Origin: Myxococcota bacterium
Lineage (GTDB): Bacteria > Myxococcota > XYA12-FULL-58-9 > JABJBS01
DNA: 18,467 bases
NCBI GenBank assembly: GCA_036339465.1
Contig: JAYZAY010000091.1
Location: 1-18,467 of the forward strand
Direction: 5' to 3'
Part shown: positions 17,603 through 18,467 of the stretch, one piece after another
How the letters are laid out: every line of letters starts with the position of its first letter
Position numbering within the stretch: the stretch's first letter is position 1
Translations under genes and position numbers: made by a program
The notes under the pieces: model-generated
What the model saw: the letters and a program-made list of their open reading frames with translations, nothing else
Told to the model about the DNA's origin: nothing
The model's database searches: none

Positions 17603-17808
17603 GTGTGTAAGCAAACCGCTTATAGGAAAGGGCGATGCAGCCGGTGAGCGCCGGCGACATTCAAAAGGTAGAGTGTTGCTGCAGGGCTCCCGTTTGGCTT
17701 CTGATTGGTCGCTCAACACGGGGAGTAAGCGATGAGCGTATAATCGCATCGGTGGTAGCAGGGTTGGCATTTAATAAAACGTAAAATCGAGAAAACGAGC
17801 TCCAGAAC

Positions 17809-18234
17809 CTAGGAGAGTGCTGGACTTTCAAACGTAGCGGCACTTTGGGCAATCGTATTGAAGAGCTTGGACGTTGCCCAGTGGTCCGAGATTTTGATTC
17901 CGGAGTGGAATCCGTGGCTGGTCATTTGTTTCTGACTCCACTGGATGAATCCCGCCAACCGAAAATTGTCTGCCTCGAACTGAAATTGTTTTGCGGTCGT
18001 TTTTGGGAACGCCTCTGTTTTCTGCCCATAAAGTATATCCATTTTGTCGAGACGGATGCAGGTGAAACTATCGATATTCAGCGGCTCGAGTGTCCAAAGG
18101 CCGATTCCATCCCGGCAGAAATCTCGGAGATAGAAGCGACATTTGTATCGCTCACGACCACGATGTAAACGGCCGGTGATGTTAACAGTGTTGAGATGAA
18201 TCCTGCTGTTCTGACGGCGTTCTTTGTATATCAC
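17809..18234 (-). CDS. PilZ domain protein (c-di-GMP effector candidate)
   Basis: ERRQNSR matches RxxxR, and DFCRDG is a variant of (D/N)xSxxG. The C-terminal strands IQWSQ...SGIKI fit the fold. AGGAG upstream of the GTG. Confidence 0.78.
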   Translation of the reverse strand: MIYKERRQNSRIHLNTVNITGRLHRGRERYKCRFYLRDFCRDGIGLWTLEPLNIDSFTCIRLDKMDILYGQKTEAFPKTTAKQFQFEADNFRLAGFIQWSQKQMTSHGFHSGIKISDHWATSKLFNTIAQSAATFESPALS

Positions 18235-18406
18235 GCAAAGCTCCTATTTTAAACTCGGTACCCAACCTCTTTGTTACTGCCTTCAGCCACCGCTGTCATA
18301 GGGGTGCTACAATGTACTGCACCTAAGCAGTTTGGTATGCGTTTGCCCTCTCCAATAGCTACTTGGTCAGAGCATATGCACTTTTCGATTTTGTCGCAAA
18401 TTCGCT

Positions 18407-18417
18407 GGGGGGGGGGG
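18407..18417. repeat. G11 homopolymer
   Basis: Eleven consecutive G in non-coding sequence about 170 bp upstream of the PilZ gene. Confidence 0.9.
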
Positions 18418-18467
18418 AGATAAATGCACCGAGACTTTCCATGAATTCTTAGGCCCAGAAAGAAAAC

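Noticed and set aside
155..18168. Remaining short ORFs antisense to or nested in the called genes
   Set aside because: They are shadow ORFs of well-supported coding sequences with no independent evidence.

Overview
Bacterial chromosomal window with no rRNA, tRNA, CRISPR array or recognisable mobile element. A MYXO-CTERM-like sorting tail, a CheA-type membrane kinase and a PilZ protein suggest a Myxococcota/Bdellovibrionota-like ('deltaproteobacterial') origin; this is inference. From left to right: (1) a 5'-truncated membrane HAMP-PAS-Hpt-CheA-type histidine kinase followed by two coupled exported binding-protein-like genes; (2) an exact 58-bp duplication between convergent genes; (3) a full-length biotin carboxylase homolog that has lost most catalytic residues; (4) a secreted Zn-dependent phospholipase C-family protein with a C-terminal sorting signal, pyroglutamyl peptidase I, an exported START-domain protein, a decayed EEP-family gene and a YdjM-type membrane metal hydrolase; (5) about 1 kb of fragmented ORFs; (6) a translationally coupled pair of predicted lipoproteins, a pentaheme c-type cytochrome with an 18-bp tandem-repeat linker and a multicopper oxidase; (7) an aldo/keto reductase, a stand-alone receiver protein and a PilZ protein. 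The best candidates for something undescribed are the cytochrome-multicopper oxidase operon, the pseudo-biotin carboxylase and the CheW-less kinase with its two binding proteins. All calls rest on motif recognition by eye; no searches were run.
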